This document shows positions 50,322 to 63,645 of a stretch of 64,000 nucleotides of DNA, in pieces. Both the position numbers and the translations under genes were made by a program. Source of the stretch: Heteronotia binoei (lineage: Eukaryota); the NCBI RefSeq assembly GCF_032191835.1, contig NC_083232.1, positions 75,144,001-75,208,000 of the forward strand, read 5' to 3'. Position 1 is the first letter of the stretch. The number at the start of each line of letters is the position of its first letter. Below the pieces are notes generated by a model that worked only from the letters and a program-made list of their open reading frames with translations, was not told where the DNA came from and did no database searches.

Positions 50322-50824
50322 TAGGGTTGCCAATCCCCAGGTGGGGGCAGGATATCCACTGGTTTGGAGGCCCTCCCCCACATCAGGGTCATCAGAAAGT
50401 GGTAGAGGAGAGGGAAATGCCTGCTGGGCACTCCATTATTCTCTATGAAGACCGATTCCCTTAGGCGGGTATAATGGAGAATTGATCCACAGGTATCTGG
50501 AGCTCTAGGGGGCTCGTTTTTGAGGTAGAGGCACCAAATTTGTAGTATAGCACCTGATGCCTCTCCTCAAAACACCCTCCAATTTTCATAAGTATTGGAC
50601 TAGGGGGTCCAATTCTATGAGCCCCCAAAGAAGGTGCCCCTATCCATTATTTCCAATGGAGGCAGGTGTTTAAAAGACATGCTGTCCCTTTAAATGTGAT
50701 GGCCAGAACTCTCTTTGGAATTCAATTATGCTTGTCACAACTTTGCTCTTGGCTCCACCCCAAAGTCTCCTGGCTCCACCCCAAAAGTCCCCAGATATTT
50801 CTTGAATTGGACCTGGCAGCCCTA
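50322..50824. mobile_element. 503-bp hAT MITE with exact 8-bp TSD
   Basis: TAGGGTTGCCA / TGGCAGCCCTA termini; TSD GCTTGAAG at 50314-50321 and 50825-50832. Confidence 0.92.
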
Positions 50825-51329
50825 GCTTGAAGCGCTCTGTTATCTATACTCTCAGTTGCTCAATGTCATTGAGGAAAAGCTTGGAGTGCACAGTGGTGAT
50901 GCTGCTGGTGGCTGTGGCAATAGCACTCGCAGTGGCTTGCACTGGCCAGTGCTGTTGGGGAAAGGGTATTCAGGTGGTTTAGAAAACTAAGCATAGGTAG
51001 TAGGGAGGGCTTGCATGTAGGAGAAGATAGGGGCCCAAGGCTGGGGGGGATGGAAAGGTATGAGAGGGCCCCTCAAAATCTGGAATAGGCCCTGTCTGGG
51101 GTGACCATAACTTCAACCAGTACACTCTGACTTGGGGGTGGCAGAGGGCTCAAAGCAGAAGATGGTAAGTCCAATTTGGCCACTTTTTTGGTGGTACTTG
51201 TCATAAATCTCCAGTCGAAGGGGCTGCAGAACACAAAATTACAAAAACCTGCCAATGTGAACCTTCACCCATCAGTGTGGTAAACTGCCACTAGTCCCTT
51301 TTACTATCCCAACAGTTAGAAGGCAAGAA

Positions 51330-53680
51330 GCAAGCCATACCATACCAAACCTTTAATGGCATAATAGATTCAGATAAAAATACACAGAATATAAAAATTT
51401 AATCATTGGAGATAAAATCAAGATAAAACCGAGCTTACAGATGCATTCAAACATGGTCAGAATTAAATTTAAGGATGTCAGCCAGAAATTTTGCCACAGC
51501 CTCACTAACCACCCCCTCAGTATCACTCAATAAATAATAACAGGGTGGCAGAATAGACAAATCTGGAGAAAAAGAAAGCTTGCCAAATAAATCTTTACGG
51601 AGGTTATGGTATAAAGAACAATCAAGCAATATATGCTGGATTGAGTCAGGGGTATTTGCTCCACAAGAGCAAAGTCTGTCGGCTAGAGGGACTCGCTGAT
51701 ATCTCCCTTGTAAAACTTTGGAGGGAAACGCGTTTAGTCTAGCCAACATAAATGCCCTGCGATGACTTGGAGTGGTTAGGTCTGATAGATAATTGGGCAT
51801 TTTGCCACAAAAAGCATAAAGACCTAAGGAAGCTGGAGAGCAAATATAAGGGTCAGTTGGCCGTAATTTCGTATCCTCCGATTCCCATAGTCTCAGTTTA
51901 ATACATCTGAAGATATATGACTCATCAGCGGTAGAAAAATCATCTACCTCTAACCCCAATTGATTGAGTTTAGACAGAAGCACTGCTGTCCAGGATGAAA
52001 TATATGGGTCTCTTTTCATACAATCAAGAAGGCTGTTGGGATCTGTTCTAAAATGAATTTTGAGCCAGAATTTAAACACTGCAATCCAGGCTTTTGTCTC
52101 CACCAAAGACTGACCCACTTCAGAGCAGAGAGCAAAGTAGGACACACATTTTGGCAAACCAAGAATTTGTCTAAAGAATGAGGCTTGAATGCCCTCCACT
52201 TTCCTGGTAAAAGCTGAGATCCAAATAGGGATACCATAGAGGATTTGGGCAAGCGTTTTGGCTTTGAACACTTTAATAGCTGCTGGAACTAATTGGTTGC
52301 CCCTTGCAAAGAAAAACTGTTTAATTTGAGCAGCTGAACATTTAGCCAAGTTGACGGTGTTGTTACGATGTGAAACCCAGCTTAACTTGTGGTTAAAAGT
52401 GATCCCCAAGTATTTAAAATTTTTTGTTTGCTCGATTGTTGAATTGCCAATAAACCATCTCTGTGGGCGCCAGCAGTTTGAAAAGACAACTACTTTAGAT
52501 TTGATGTAATTGATAGTAAGTGAATTACAATTACAGTAGTCATAAAAGGCATTCAAATACCTTTGCAGGCCCACTCTTGTACAAGAGAGGATGGTAGTGT
52601 CATCGGCATAAAGTAATAAGGGGACCGCTCGGCCTGCAAGTTTAGGCGGATGACCGTTGACAGGGTTCAAAAATTGTGCCAGGTCAGTTAAAAATAGATT
52701 AAAAAGATGCGGGGCCAGCACGCAACCTTGTTTAACCCCCTTTAACACTGGGATTTTACTAGTCAAGTCACCGCTAGAAGAAAATTTCACTTGGCAAAAG
52801 GTATTAGAATGAAGTTTCCTCAAGAGAAACAGCAGACGAGGGTCCATTCCCAGGTGACCTAGCTTGAGCCATAGTTGGGCTCTATCTATTGAATCAAAAG
52901 CACCCTTCAAATCGATGAAGGCAGCGTATAATTTTTTTGACCCGGTATGCATATATTTTTCAGCAAGGAAGGCCAGAGTGCAGCAGTGATCCATAGCAGA
53001 TTTGCCTTTGGAGAAACCAATCTGTTCAGGACCTATGATGTAGCCTAGGTGCATCCAGTCAGTTAATCGGAGTTCCAAATGTTTTGCATACAGTTTGCCC
53101 ACTATAGATAATAAACTAATGGGGCGGAAATTTTCTGGTAACTCCAACCCCCCCTTTTTGTATATTGGAATAATTATAGAGTCAAGCCAAGAGTCAGGGA
53201 TGGAGCCATGCAGATCGATAAAAGAGAACAATTTTGCAAGGGGCAAGAGCCACCAATCGGCAAACTTTGTGAATACCTCAGCGGGAAGGCCATCAGGGCC
53301 AGGTGCTTTACCCGCTTTTAAATCCTTCAGTAACTCACTGATTTCCTCTAGAGTTACTGGAGGCCAGACCGGCATATCAGTAACTGAGAGGTTTGCTAAG
53401 ATAGGAGGGGATACGCATGGAGCAGCAAAAATGTTAGAGAAGTAATCAACCCATGTTTGCTCAGAGATATTTGGGTCAGTAACAGAATTGTTTTTTAGAT
53501 TACCTGAAATGATTCTCCAGAAAGCCTTATTATCGTTAGATTTTATCGAGTGGTAAAGTTGGTCCCATTTATTCTGAAAGAAAACTTTCTTTTTGGATGT
53601 AGTAAGCTCCAGGTAGGCTGTCTTGTAAGCAATGTAGGCCTTAATTTTTGATTGGTCTTTGGATTAACGTGATATATGGG
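51330..53680 (-). mobile_element. 5'-truncated RTE-X-like non-LTR retrotransposon
   Basis: Carries the RT ORF below; short 3' UTR ending ATTAAAGG plus (TGGTA)n tail at ~51333-51355. Confidence 0.85.
51447..53664 (-). CDS. Reverse transcriptase with C-terminal C-x-C...H...C motif of an RTE-X-like LINE (endonuclease domain absent)
   Basis: 642-aa ORF with KAPGPDG, NFRPISLL, FIDLKGAFD, GVKQGCVLAP, YADD, FKYLG and RLCSCG...HILLDC. By manual translation the frame stays open upstream of the listed Met to a TAA at ~53665-53667 (~739 codons). Confidence 0.9.
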
Positions 53681-55292
53681 CACATACGAACCACTGTTCA
53701 CAATTTGAAAACCCAAGAGCTATTGCAAATTTATTGCCTAATCTTCTTTGGAGGGATAAATGCATATATTATTGCCTTGAGACGCTTTGGAGGGGGCAAA
53801 GTGGTATATAAATATTTTAATAAATAAAAATCAGACTCTTGTTATTTTTAGCTGCTAGCAAAGCTGCATGTGGGCACCTTCCCTGCCCCCCACCAGCCCC
53901 TTCTTCATGAAGTGTACATCATGAAGGACCCATACAGAGTGTACAGAAACGATTCATTTATTAACCAAATACTGTGACTAATAAAATAATAGTTGTGAAA
54001 ATGGACAAGAATTATCTGTGGTATGCTATAAACACTCAGGGACCCAGATTCATGACAGAAATATCCAGTCTTTGTATGTGATTACAACTGGACTATCTAC
54101 CCTTCCTGAGACTAAACAAGAAAGTCAGTCCTGCTTGCAGAAAGGAGTTTCCACAAAACAGTTAACCTGGTAGGGGAGTATTTGGCCTAGGAACTGGAAT
54201 TAGAATTGAAGCCACTTGAACACAAAAGACCAAAATACGATTAAAAATAGCGTATTTCAAAAAAGAACAAACAGTGAGGAATCAAGACAATAAAGCTGAT
54301 TATGAGACTAAGCACACAGTAAGACATTTGTTCAAAATAAGAATACAGGTTGCAAGATGTTTACCATTTTAAAGTTGCTCAGCAAACAAAGTCCAGCTCT
54401 CTCTAGAGTTTGCATGGGCAATGTCTGATCCATGTCAAGCAGGTTTCAAAGAATGCATCCAGAATCAAGGAACAAGAGGCTACTCATGCCTCGCCAGTTG
54501 CTAAACGGTAATTGAAAAGGCTAATACTTAAGACCAAAGGATCCAATGTGATTTGGGTCCATAAACCAATCAAAACCTTGGCTCATGATGTAAGTGCTAG
54601 TATGACCTGTTACTAGGGTTGTCAAGTCCAACATGAAATATCTGGGGACTTTGGGGGTGGAACTGGGAGACTTTCCCATTCCAAATAAACACATAAAAAT
54701 ACATCAGGAACTCATTTGAATATTAGGCAACACCCCCTGATGTCATCTTTATTTCACACAAGACTTTTTTGTAGAAAAAGCCCAGCAGGAACTCATTTAC
54801 ATATTAGGCCACACACCCTGATGCCAAGCCAGCCAGAATTGCATCCTGTGTGTTCCTGCTAAAAAAAAAAAGCCCTGGAACACACACACACACACACACA
54901 CAGCAGTCAAAATAAACAGTTTGCATGTTCACATTTTTGTGATCTCCCTGGGGCAATGGTATAGATAGCTTTACTTACTGGAGTTGCTGAATGTAACAAT
55001 CTGCTATATTTCAACCAACTTAAGGGGAGAGAGGTCCAGGGGGTGGACTTTTCCTTTATCCCATAATCAGGTTCTAGTTATCCTTTTACTATCTCTTTCA
55101 CTATTCAAACAGCTTCTGAAAGGAATGCAAAATGAACAGAGGGACTGTGCTCTTCCTCTCTCACATATATGACTCTGCCTGCTTACCCCATTTCCACAAG
55201 CTTCAGTCTCACTGAGATTTAAAGGCACACACCTCCCAAAACACAAGCAGTTTGCGAGCTTCTAAACCTGCCTGATATCTAAGGGCATATTG

Positions 55293-55328
55293 GTGCTCGC
55301 TTCGGCAGCGCATATACTAAAATTGGAA
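55293..55328 (+). pseudogene. RNU6: 3'-truncated U6 snRNA retrocopy (36 nt) with 9-bp TSD
   Basis: GTGCTCGCTTCGGCAGCGCATATACTAAAATTGGAA equals U6 nt 1-36 with one mismatch; GGCATATTG at 55284-55292 and 55329-55337. Confidence 0.92.
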
Positions 55329-55528
55329 GGCATATTGTGGCTGTTGGAGGCAGGGCTTTCCCCCAGTAGCCAGCTGGCTGGTGGTAGGGAGGAGCCTGCA
55401 AAACTGGGGGATCCTCCACCCAAACCTGGGGATTGGTAACCCTACCTGTTACTAAGCATGTGACCTAAGGATGAAATGGGGGGAGCTATCTGCAGGCCAG
55501 TCTGACCATTTTCTCCAGGTGCAAATAA

Positions 55529-55940
55529 TAGGGTTGCCAAGTCCTCTTCATCCCCTGGCAGGGGACATTCGTGTGAGCAACGTGCGATGAAATGACATCA
55601 CCCGGAAGGGATGTCATCAAAATGGTGGCGCCCATGCAGGGCCGTTCAAGGTGTTTCTGGGAAAACTCTTATTTGGGAGGTTAAAACTATATGGTACCTA
55701 TTGTACCATAGAGTTTTACCTCCCAAATGGCTAGAGCATCTGGGAAAACCATAGTTTTTCTGGAAACGTCTAGAGCGGCCCCACATGGGGCACCACCATT
55801 TTGATGACGTCCCTTCCGGGTGACATCATCGTGCCAGCGATGCAGGGAGAGGTTCCCCCCACCGGCCCAATGTGGGCCGGCAGGTTGGGAACCTCCTGGG
55901 TGGGAGATTCCCCACCCAGACTGGGGGCTTGGCAGCCCTA
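55529..55940. mobile_element. 412-bp hAT MITE
   Basis: TAGGGTTGCCAAG / CTTGGCAGCCCTA termini; TSD GCAAATAA/GCAAATCA (7/8). Confidence 0.88.
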
Positions 55941-56904
55941 GCAAATCATGATGTCTAATTGAATGGAATATAGCTAATTGGTTACCATGCTGTCATGGTT
56001 TCATCCTCGGAATGGAGTTAGAGATAGCTTCCCTCCCTTCACCTGGCTGTTATCTAGTCATGAGGTCAGCTTCCCAGTAAGTTATTTCCTCACTTAAACT
56101 TTCCAATTCAGTTTGTGGCCTAGAGTCAGAACCAAGCCTGAACCAATGTTTGAAATAACAAGGAACTAGGCAAGAGTCTCAGTTCCTTGACAATACTTTG
56201 TATTTACAAAAACATTGGATGTATGTATGGGGAAGTGAGCTCATACATATATTCTGCATGCTGGAGAGTGGAGGATAGAGCGAGGAGGAGGGGAATATGT
56301 GCACTTGAGGTGTGCTCTCCATCTCCTAAATATGGGTTTTGCATACAAGTTCCATATACCTCCTCTTTTTGGTGCTACCCATGGTGCACTGGGCTTGCTG
56401 AGAGAGCTCAGGCAGGGAGAGAATGGCAGTCATTTATGATAACAAAACACAGATTGGCCCAGCAGTGACATTTCTTTTCTTTTTAAATGGCCATATTTTT
56501 GTTGGATCTATTTCAAGGCTACCTCTCTATCCAAAACACATTCATCTTTTAGTTTTGTCGCTCCCACTTCAGAATCAGTGTGTTTGGCACTGTATACTTC
56601 ATTTTGCAGATGAAAAATGCAACTATTTGTTCTTGTCTGGAAAGTGTTATTTATATAATATTACCCCTCTGACAGGAAAATTCTAATTAGCTGTACAAGG
56701 AGCACCGTAAAACTAGCACTTCTTATCCTGTGTTGCTAAAATTGAGCCTTCTTATATGCAAAATTGCAGAAGGTCATTCTCAAAAGTTTCAATACTTACT
56801 TGGATGTCGTTATATTTATATTTGGATGGCAAGAGCATCCAAATTGCTCATTTCTGATTGGCAGAAAAAATAAAGGAATTATTTTCCAAGTTCATTCTTT
56901 GATA

Positions 56905-57310
56905 AGGTTGCCAGCTCCCCTGCTGGAGACAAGGGACCCCCCAGCCACCAGGCCCCACCAGTCATTCGCTGGCCAGTGGGAGGAGTTACCAGGACCAGAA
57001 GAGAGCCCCAGGCTATATTGTTGGCAACTTGGTGATGCCATTTCCGGCATGTACAGGAAATGACATTATCATGCTGGTGACATTACAGCAGTGCTCTGGT
57101 ATTTGGGCAAAAACTCTGTTATAAAAGTCATTTTTAGCATTGAGTTTTTGCCAAAGTACCAGAGCATCATCACAATCTTGCATGATGAGGTTACTTCCAG
57201 TGCATATCAGAAGGAACATTGCTGCATTGCTGATAACATAGCTGATAACATAGCCTGGGCCTCCTTTCCATTCATGTAAAATGCCGCCCCCATCTTCTGC
57301 CAGTTGCCAG
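56905..57310. mobile_element. Decayed hAT MITE (TAGGGTTGCCA family)
   Basis: Starts AAGGTTGCCAG; body with GATGACATCA-like and AAAACTCT motifs shared with 55529-55940 and ~45410-45700. Confidence 0.55.
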
Positions 57311-58721
57311 GAAGGATCTGATAACTCATTCTTTGAGTTTACATGGACTGCTAATTCTAATCACATTTACCTAGGCTAAAATACTCTCAGGACCAACAAA
57401 TTTAAACATATAGATAAATATCAATCAGCTTTTTAGTATTTCGCTTAGCTCTGGGTAATACAGTTTTATCCATGCCTTTGTTTTGGTTTTTTTTGGCACC
57501 CTGGAAAAATTATATATCTAAAAATGTCAGGTAAGTGTGCATCGGTTAGTAACACTTTACTTCTCATGCAGTGTATTCTCCTGTTCTGTAAGGGGAACTG
57601 CACACAGGAAAGTTTAACTTGACAGGGATCCCAAAAGAGTGAGGGAAGGGAAGTCAAAGGGAAGGAGAAAACAGAGAAGAAAAGAAAGGACAACAGGGGA
57701 GATTAGACCTACTAGAACTTCAAACCAGACTTTATTATTATTCTCCCCCCTCCGATTAGTTTCTAAGGTGCAAGAGGACTCTTTGCTGATTAGTTTTGCA
57801 TCATGTGAGCAGTTTACAGAATCTTTTATTGACCCCTTAAGTTTCATAAAGTTATCTGTGGCAAGAGAAGTCTTTTGAGCTACTCTGAATCAAAGGTAGA
57901 GGGGCTCATGGAAGGTAGAACAGCTGTAAAAACTTTCCTTCACTCACACATTTCTGCAGCTTCCCTCCTTCCACTCTGGCGACCGTCAGCAATTTCTGAA
58001 CCGCTTTTCAATAAGAAACATTTTTAAGCGACACCTTCCCAGATGGCAATTAAAATCATTGAGTCGGCAGCCAGGGAAAGGACGGAGGCCTCGCTGTCTC
58101 TCCTCTAGACCTTGGCGCTTGAGAACAGCTGTGGGTTTGTGTGATTAAGCAACAGGAACTTTCAAAAGCCAAATGTGATTTTACTGAAGAAGGTTACATC
58201 CTCACTGATTAAGGATGATGGGATGACATCAGGAAGAGTGGAGACCTTGAGAAATAATTGCCCAAACAAGAAACGGTGTGCACACAAAAACCTCGAGTGT
58301 AAGGGGAATTGCAAAAGTTGAAGCATTCATGTATGGCTCTGGAAATAACAAGGGTGGTGGTGGAGGTAATTAAAGCCCTGGTATCAACACTGGAAAAGCT
58401 TGTTCTGCATTTTTAGATTAATGTGAAGATCAACAGTGGGGAACATGGGCATTCTAGCCTAAACACCTGCCATGAAATCCCAGACTATCATGCCTGACCC
58501 TGCCATGGGCCAAACTGATAAACACCATATTGGTACTGCCACAATTGGAATGCCAGTTGCCATCTACTGCTTTATCGTTCTGAAGTTAGCTGGTAAAGGA
58601 CTCATGGGCAGGCAGAGGGTATTATAAAAATCCCAGGTACTGAACAAAAAGAAGACGAAAGAAGAAATCTGCATGGCCTTGAAAGGTTACAAGTAGAATA
58701 TCTGTAAACATAGCTATTAAA

Positions 58722-59005
58722 TAGTGGGTTCGATACATGAAGAGGCTAGGTTGCAGTGATCAAAGCTCTTTATTCAGGTTACAACATGGTAACTGTTAGA
58801 CTAAGACTACTGTGCTGGGCCAACGGAGCCAACTATATATGCTCCCAGGTTCCCATACTAGGCTGTCATTGGGTCAATTGAACCAGCAGGGGGCTGGTGA
58901 TTGGTCCGGCGAAGCAGAGATTTGGATCCTGCTTCCCTTTGTTCCCATGTCCCCAAGCTCCATCCTAAAGGCTCCAATGAGCCAGGCAGGAACTAACACC
59001 CAACA
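58722..59005 (-). mobile_element. Solo LTR (284 bp) with 5-bp TSD
   Basis: Termini TAGTGGG (decayed TGTTGGG) / CCCAACA; TSD TTAAA at 58717-58721 and 59006-59010; minus-strand TATATAT and AATAAA in the expected order. Confidence 0.8.
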
Positions 59006-60217
59006 TTAAACACAGAGTCCACATACAGAACAATAGCAAAAAAATTAAATCAATCAAAAAATGCAAACTGCTTGCACTGAGTGGAGCCAGATTTTGAAGC
59101 CAGGCAGGGCACAAAACTTAACTGACTTAACTGACTTCAAAATTGGAGTTGGCGTTATGTTTCTTGGCAGCAAAAGGATCAGCAAGAACCAGGAGGTCAT
59201 GCTGTACTTGGCTCTTTTCTGGACCTCTGAATCTCCAGAGCTCCTCCCTTTGGATGACATGAAAGGCTTTTTGTCCAGCAAGACAAGTGATCAAAGAACA
59301 AAAGCTGGAAACAGAAGCCACAGAGTGCCTGTTATTAGGACCATCTAAAATAACACAGAAGCGTACAAGCCTGTAACTTCTACAGAGAGACGGGCCCAAG
59401 GCTGCCCAATGAGCTTTCAAAGCAGACTGGTGATTCAAACCTGGGTCTTTAAGGTCCAAGACTGACAACACCATGCTGGCTTCTCTCAAGTCAAACAGGT
59501 GTGTTAGGTGTGAGAATGTGCAAACAGTCTTGGAAGTCAGGTGGGAATGAATTTAATTTGTAACTGTTTATGCAAAGTTGAGCTGCTGTGGGTAATTTCA
59601 CACTTGTTTTTAATCCATTTCCCTATGTGTAAACATTTATAGTCTGGGAAGGTGAAAGTCCAGCTCTCTCCCTTCATCCACAGCAGGTAGCTTTGGGATA
59701 GTAGGGTGGGTGTGTTATTTATTATGCATTTTTATTATTTTAGCCAGCCTTTTTTATATTTATTCATGGGAACTTGTTTTGTCTTGACCTTTCCAGATTC
59801 TAGGCCATATTGTAAGCTCCAGTTTCTCATTTGCAGATAGTTGAGGGCCTATGAACCACCATCCACTGTTTCCTTCCAGTGGTTCTTCCACACACCACTC
59901 CATCCATCCCTGTCCTCTCCCAAGTGCTTGACCCTGAAGAAAGGGAGGCAATACTGGGTTGACAGATAGAAAGGGTATGTGGCCCACCTGTTAGAAGGCA
60001 CACATTCAATATGCAGGGCCAACGACCACCTGGGCAGGGAGAGGGATGAAAAAGAGCTCATTAATTCCTAAAAGGATCCTTCTTCTGCATGCAGCTGCAC
60101 CCTGGTATGATGGAATGTGTCCTATATTTTAATGAGAGGGAGCCAACCTTTTCTTTAATGAGGGCTGCTTCTGAATAATGAAAAATATCCTGAAATACTC
60201 TCCCCACCCCTGCCGTG

Positions 60218-60584
60218 GACTATGAACAGCACCAGAAATGAAGTTAAGAAGAAGGCAGAAAAATCCTATTCTGGGCAGATCTTTTCCTGCTTCATTCAGG
60301 GGCTTCCTGAGCTTCTCTGCAGCAGCTGCCTGTTGGAGACTGCTAGTTTAAGTATTCAAAAGTATTACATAGTTAAGATTATTTTAATAACACCCATAGA
60401 CTATGAACAGCACCAGAAATGAAGCTAAGAAGAAGGCAGAAAAATCCTATTCTGGGCAGATCTTTTCATGATCTTTTCCTGCTTCATTCAGGGGCTACCT
60501 GAGCTTCTCCGCAGCAATGACCTGTTGGAGACTGCTAGTTTAAGTATTCAAAAGTATTGCATAGTTAAGATTATTCGAATAACA
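60218..60584. repeat. 181-bp-period tandem duplication of unique-looking sequence
   Basis: GACTATGAACAGCACCAGAAATGAAG at 60218 and 60399; the second copy has an extra ~10-bp GATCTTTTC duplication. Confidence 0.93.
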
Positions 60585-61664
60585 GTAAATCCAGTTTATT
60601 ACCTTGGGTGCCCTGTTAGCATATCTGCCCAGATTGTAGCTGGAGAAATAGTCCTTTTCACTTCACTCTAGATGTGGTCCTGTTTATGAAACGATAGCTC
60701 CATCTCAGTGAAGCAATGATCTCTTCTGCTGAGACATTAGTGTAAAGCTGTGCAGTTTGTTCAATTTGTGCAAGATTAGCGGGTTTATCACTCCACAACT
60801 TTGGTGCAAGACGTGGCATTTGTTACAGGCATTAGCCTAAAGATTCATGTAATGAAATTTACGTATAAGTGACAAGCATGTTAGAAATATCTGATGGTGA
60901 CAATATTTCCAGAATCAAAGGTAGGGAGATAATTAGGACTCTGGTTAATCATTCTTCATCCCCCCCCTCCTCAATGAAATGAAATTCACACAGATTAATT
61001 ACTACCTGCTATAAATAAACTCTGAGAATGGCAATCTACATTGCAGAGGCAGAGGGTAACTGTCATTTAATATATCACAGCTTTTCATGCACCTGTTCTC
61101 TCTATGCTGTTACCATGGAAACCCTACTTTTATAAGAGAAGCCCAAGATAATTAGCATGGATCGAGGTCTATATCAATCAGAATAATTTGGAAGAATGCA
61201 AGGAACCCAAAGGAGCAGGCAAAAATGACTTTGTCTCAGTAAGGCGAGATCAGATCTCTGCTGAGTACTAAATGGTGAGGAAGTTACTCCTGTGGAATAG
61301 TACAAAATAGCAGGTATGGCACTAACAGGTTTATGCTAAAACAGCATTTTCCCCCTTAGTAGGAAACAAAACATTTTTTTCTCCCATTTCTTCCTTAGAA
61401 AAAAAAAGAAGGGGGAAAATAATAATCTTGGAGAAAATGTTGCAAACCACCAACAAGGAAAGCTTAAGTATATAGGCTCTTCCAGGGCTTTTTTTGTAGA
61501 AAAAGCCCGGCAGGAACTCATTTACATATTAGGCCACACCCCTTGACATCACCATTGTTTCATACAGGACTTTTTAAAAAGAAAAAGCCTGGCAGGAACT
61601 AAATTACATATTAGCCCCCCTCCCAACACCATGCCAGCTGGAACTACGTTCCTGTGCATTCTTG

Positions 61665-61735
61665 CTAATTGTTAGCCACCCTGAGTCTGCTTGCGGAGAG
61701 GGCGGGATAAAAATCTAAGGTAATAATAAACAAAC
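61665..61735 (+). mobile_element. L2 3'-end fragment
   Basis: TGTTAGCCACCCTGAGTCTGCTTGCGGAGAGGGCGGGATAAAAAT; same terminus as the L2 at 10815. Confidence 0.7.
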
Positions 61736-63645
61736 AAATGCCTGTACTTTTCTATCAAAAAGTGGTAGGTTACAGTCCTGCAACTCTACTGGGGGAACCT
61801 TGGGGGAAAGACCTATTTCTTGGTACTGTTTGAGAAGTGAATTCCGGAATGGAGTGTTTGCACCACCACTTGTATCCTATTGAGGTCTATTGCAGCCAAA
61901 TTCTTTGCTTCTCTAGAATAACCTTTGGGTTTGGTCTGTACACACACATGCATTCTCTCCCAGAATTGAATTTTGTGCCCTAGCCTCTCTATCTCTCTAA
62001 CTCTCTTGCAGTCTTCTTCCTTCTGTACTCTGAGGCAAGAGACTGTTCATAGTCCTTCACTTCCAACAAAGTCAACAGGCTTGCCTTCCAGCAACAAGGG
62101 TATCATGGCAACATTGGGAGCAAGAGAACAATTATTTAGAGAAAGAACTCCATTCCTTTGGCAAGAGATATTACTTGGAATGGTACAGATGAAGGCTAAG
62201 TTACTTCTCTTTTGGTAGGGACTGCTTATTGGTATTCTGTGTTAGAGTTTTTAAAATTCTAAATCTATGTGCTTTCTTACATTTGCTTATACCAATAAAC
62301 TGGCTTAAAATTTATGAAAGTAAAAACAATAAAATCAAATTCAATAATTAAGAATACCAACAAAAGGAAATAAATAAAACATTACCAATAAAAGCACTTA
62401 GGTAAATTTCATCCTGGTGAGAAATATAGTCTGAGTCTTAGCATTTATTTTAGTTATTTAGGTATTTATATTTTGCTTTTGCAGACTCAAAACAGCTTAC
62501 AACATCATTCTCTCCTCCACCATTTTATCTCTTCACTTCAAATGAAGTAAATTAAGCTGAGAGAAAATTAGTTTGGCCCCAAGTTACCCAGTGAGCTACC
62601 ATAGTAGAGTGGGGATTCATAGAGTTTGGGGAGGAACCTCATTAGGGTATAGTGCAGTAGAATTTGCCATTCAAAGCAGCCATTTCCCCTGTTGTCTGGG
62701 GATCAGTTAGAATTCCAGGTGATCTTTAGGCACCACCTGGAGGTTGGCAACCCTACTCCTAGATCGCAGTCTCTTACACTGAGTGCTGGCACAACACTGA
62801 AGCTTGCACAAGGAAGCATGGATGTGCGTCAGTTCTTCCAAAGTCACCAACCTTCTGCTTCTATTTGTAGCATTCTATGATGCCCAAATTAAAAGGGAAT
62901 GGTGGCAGTAAAGGGGGTTGGTCTGTGGATTCAAGAGGGAGAGGGAAGAACACACAAGCAATGCTGAAGCTTCAGAATTATATCATTTAAGGATTATTAC
63001 CTGGACCACCTTTGCTTATTTTATATACACCAAGGAATGTGTTTAACTGAACCTGAACGACATCTCACAACTCAACTCAACAGCGGTGTCAAAAACTGCC
63101 ACTGTTTTCTGCCAAATATTCTCTCTGATGATGCCTTTGATGTTGGTGTGTATTGTCAATATAGCAGTGCACACCTGCTCACAGTTAGACACTTCTCTGA
63201 GTCTGAACCATAGTAATTACACCCCATGTGAACTTGCTTATAATGTTCACATTTTCCCCGTCCTTTCAAGGTAGTTAGCAAAAAGTTCATGATCTCAGAT
63301 CTTAAAAACTCCATTTAAGAATTAACACTTTAGCATAACTTTAGCAGAATACCATAGTGACTTAAAAGGGGAAACAACCCTGAACATAAGATGACCCCCT
63401 TGCAATATTATATTCAAATACATATATACAAAAGTTTTTTGTATTGGATATAACCGTAACTTCTATGTGAATTTAAGATAATCTCTTTTTTTTACTTTTT
63501 GGTGGCATATCTGGATAAAAACTGAGTCTTGCATTTAAGCAAATATTGAAGCTGAAGGTGGTAAAAGTTCTCTGGAAAGCCCAGAATCTGGGCATAAAAG
63601 ACACAAATACCCTTTCTATACTGCGGCTCCCAGTAAAACTGGTGG

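Noticed and set aside
53095-53445. 116-aa plus-strand ORF
   Set aside because: Antisense shadow of the RT ORF.
60218-60584. Direct repeats considered as a CRISPR-like array
   Set aside because: Only two long copies without spacers in a eukaryotic context; a simple tandem duplication.
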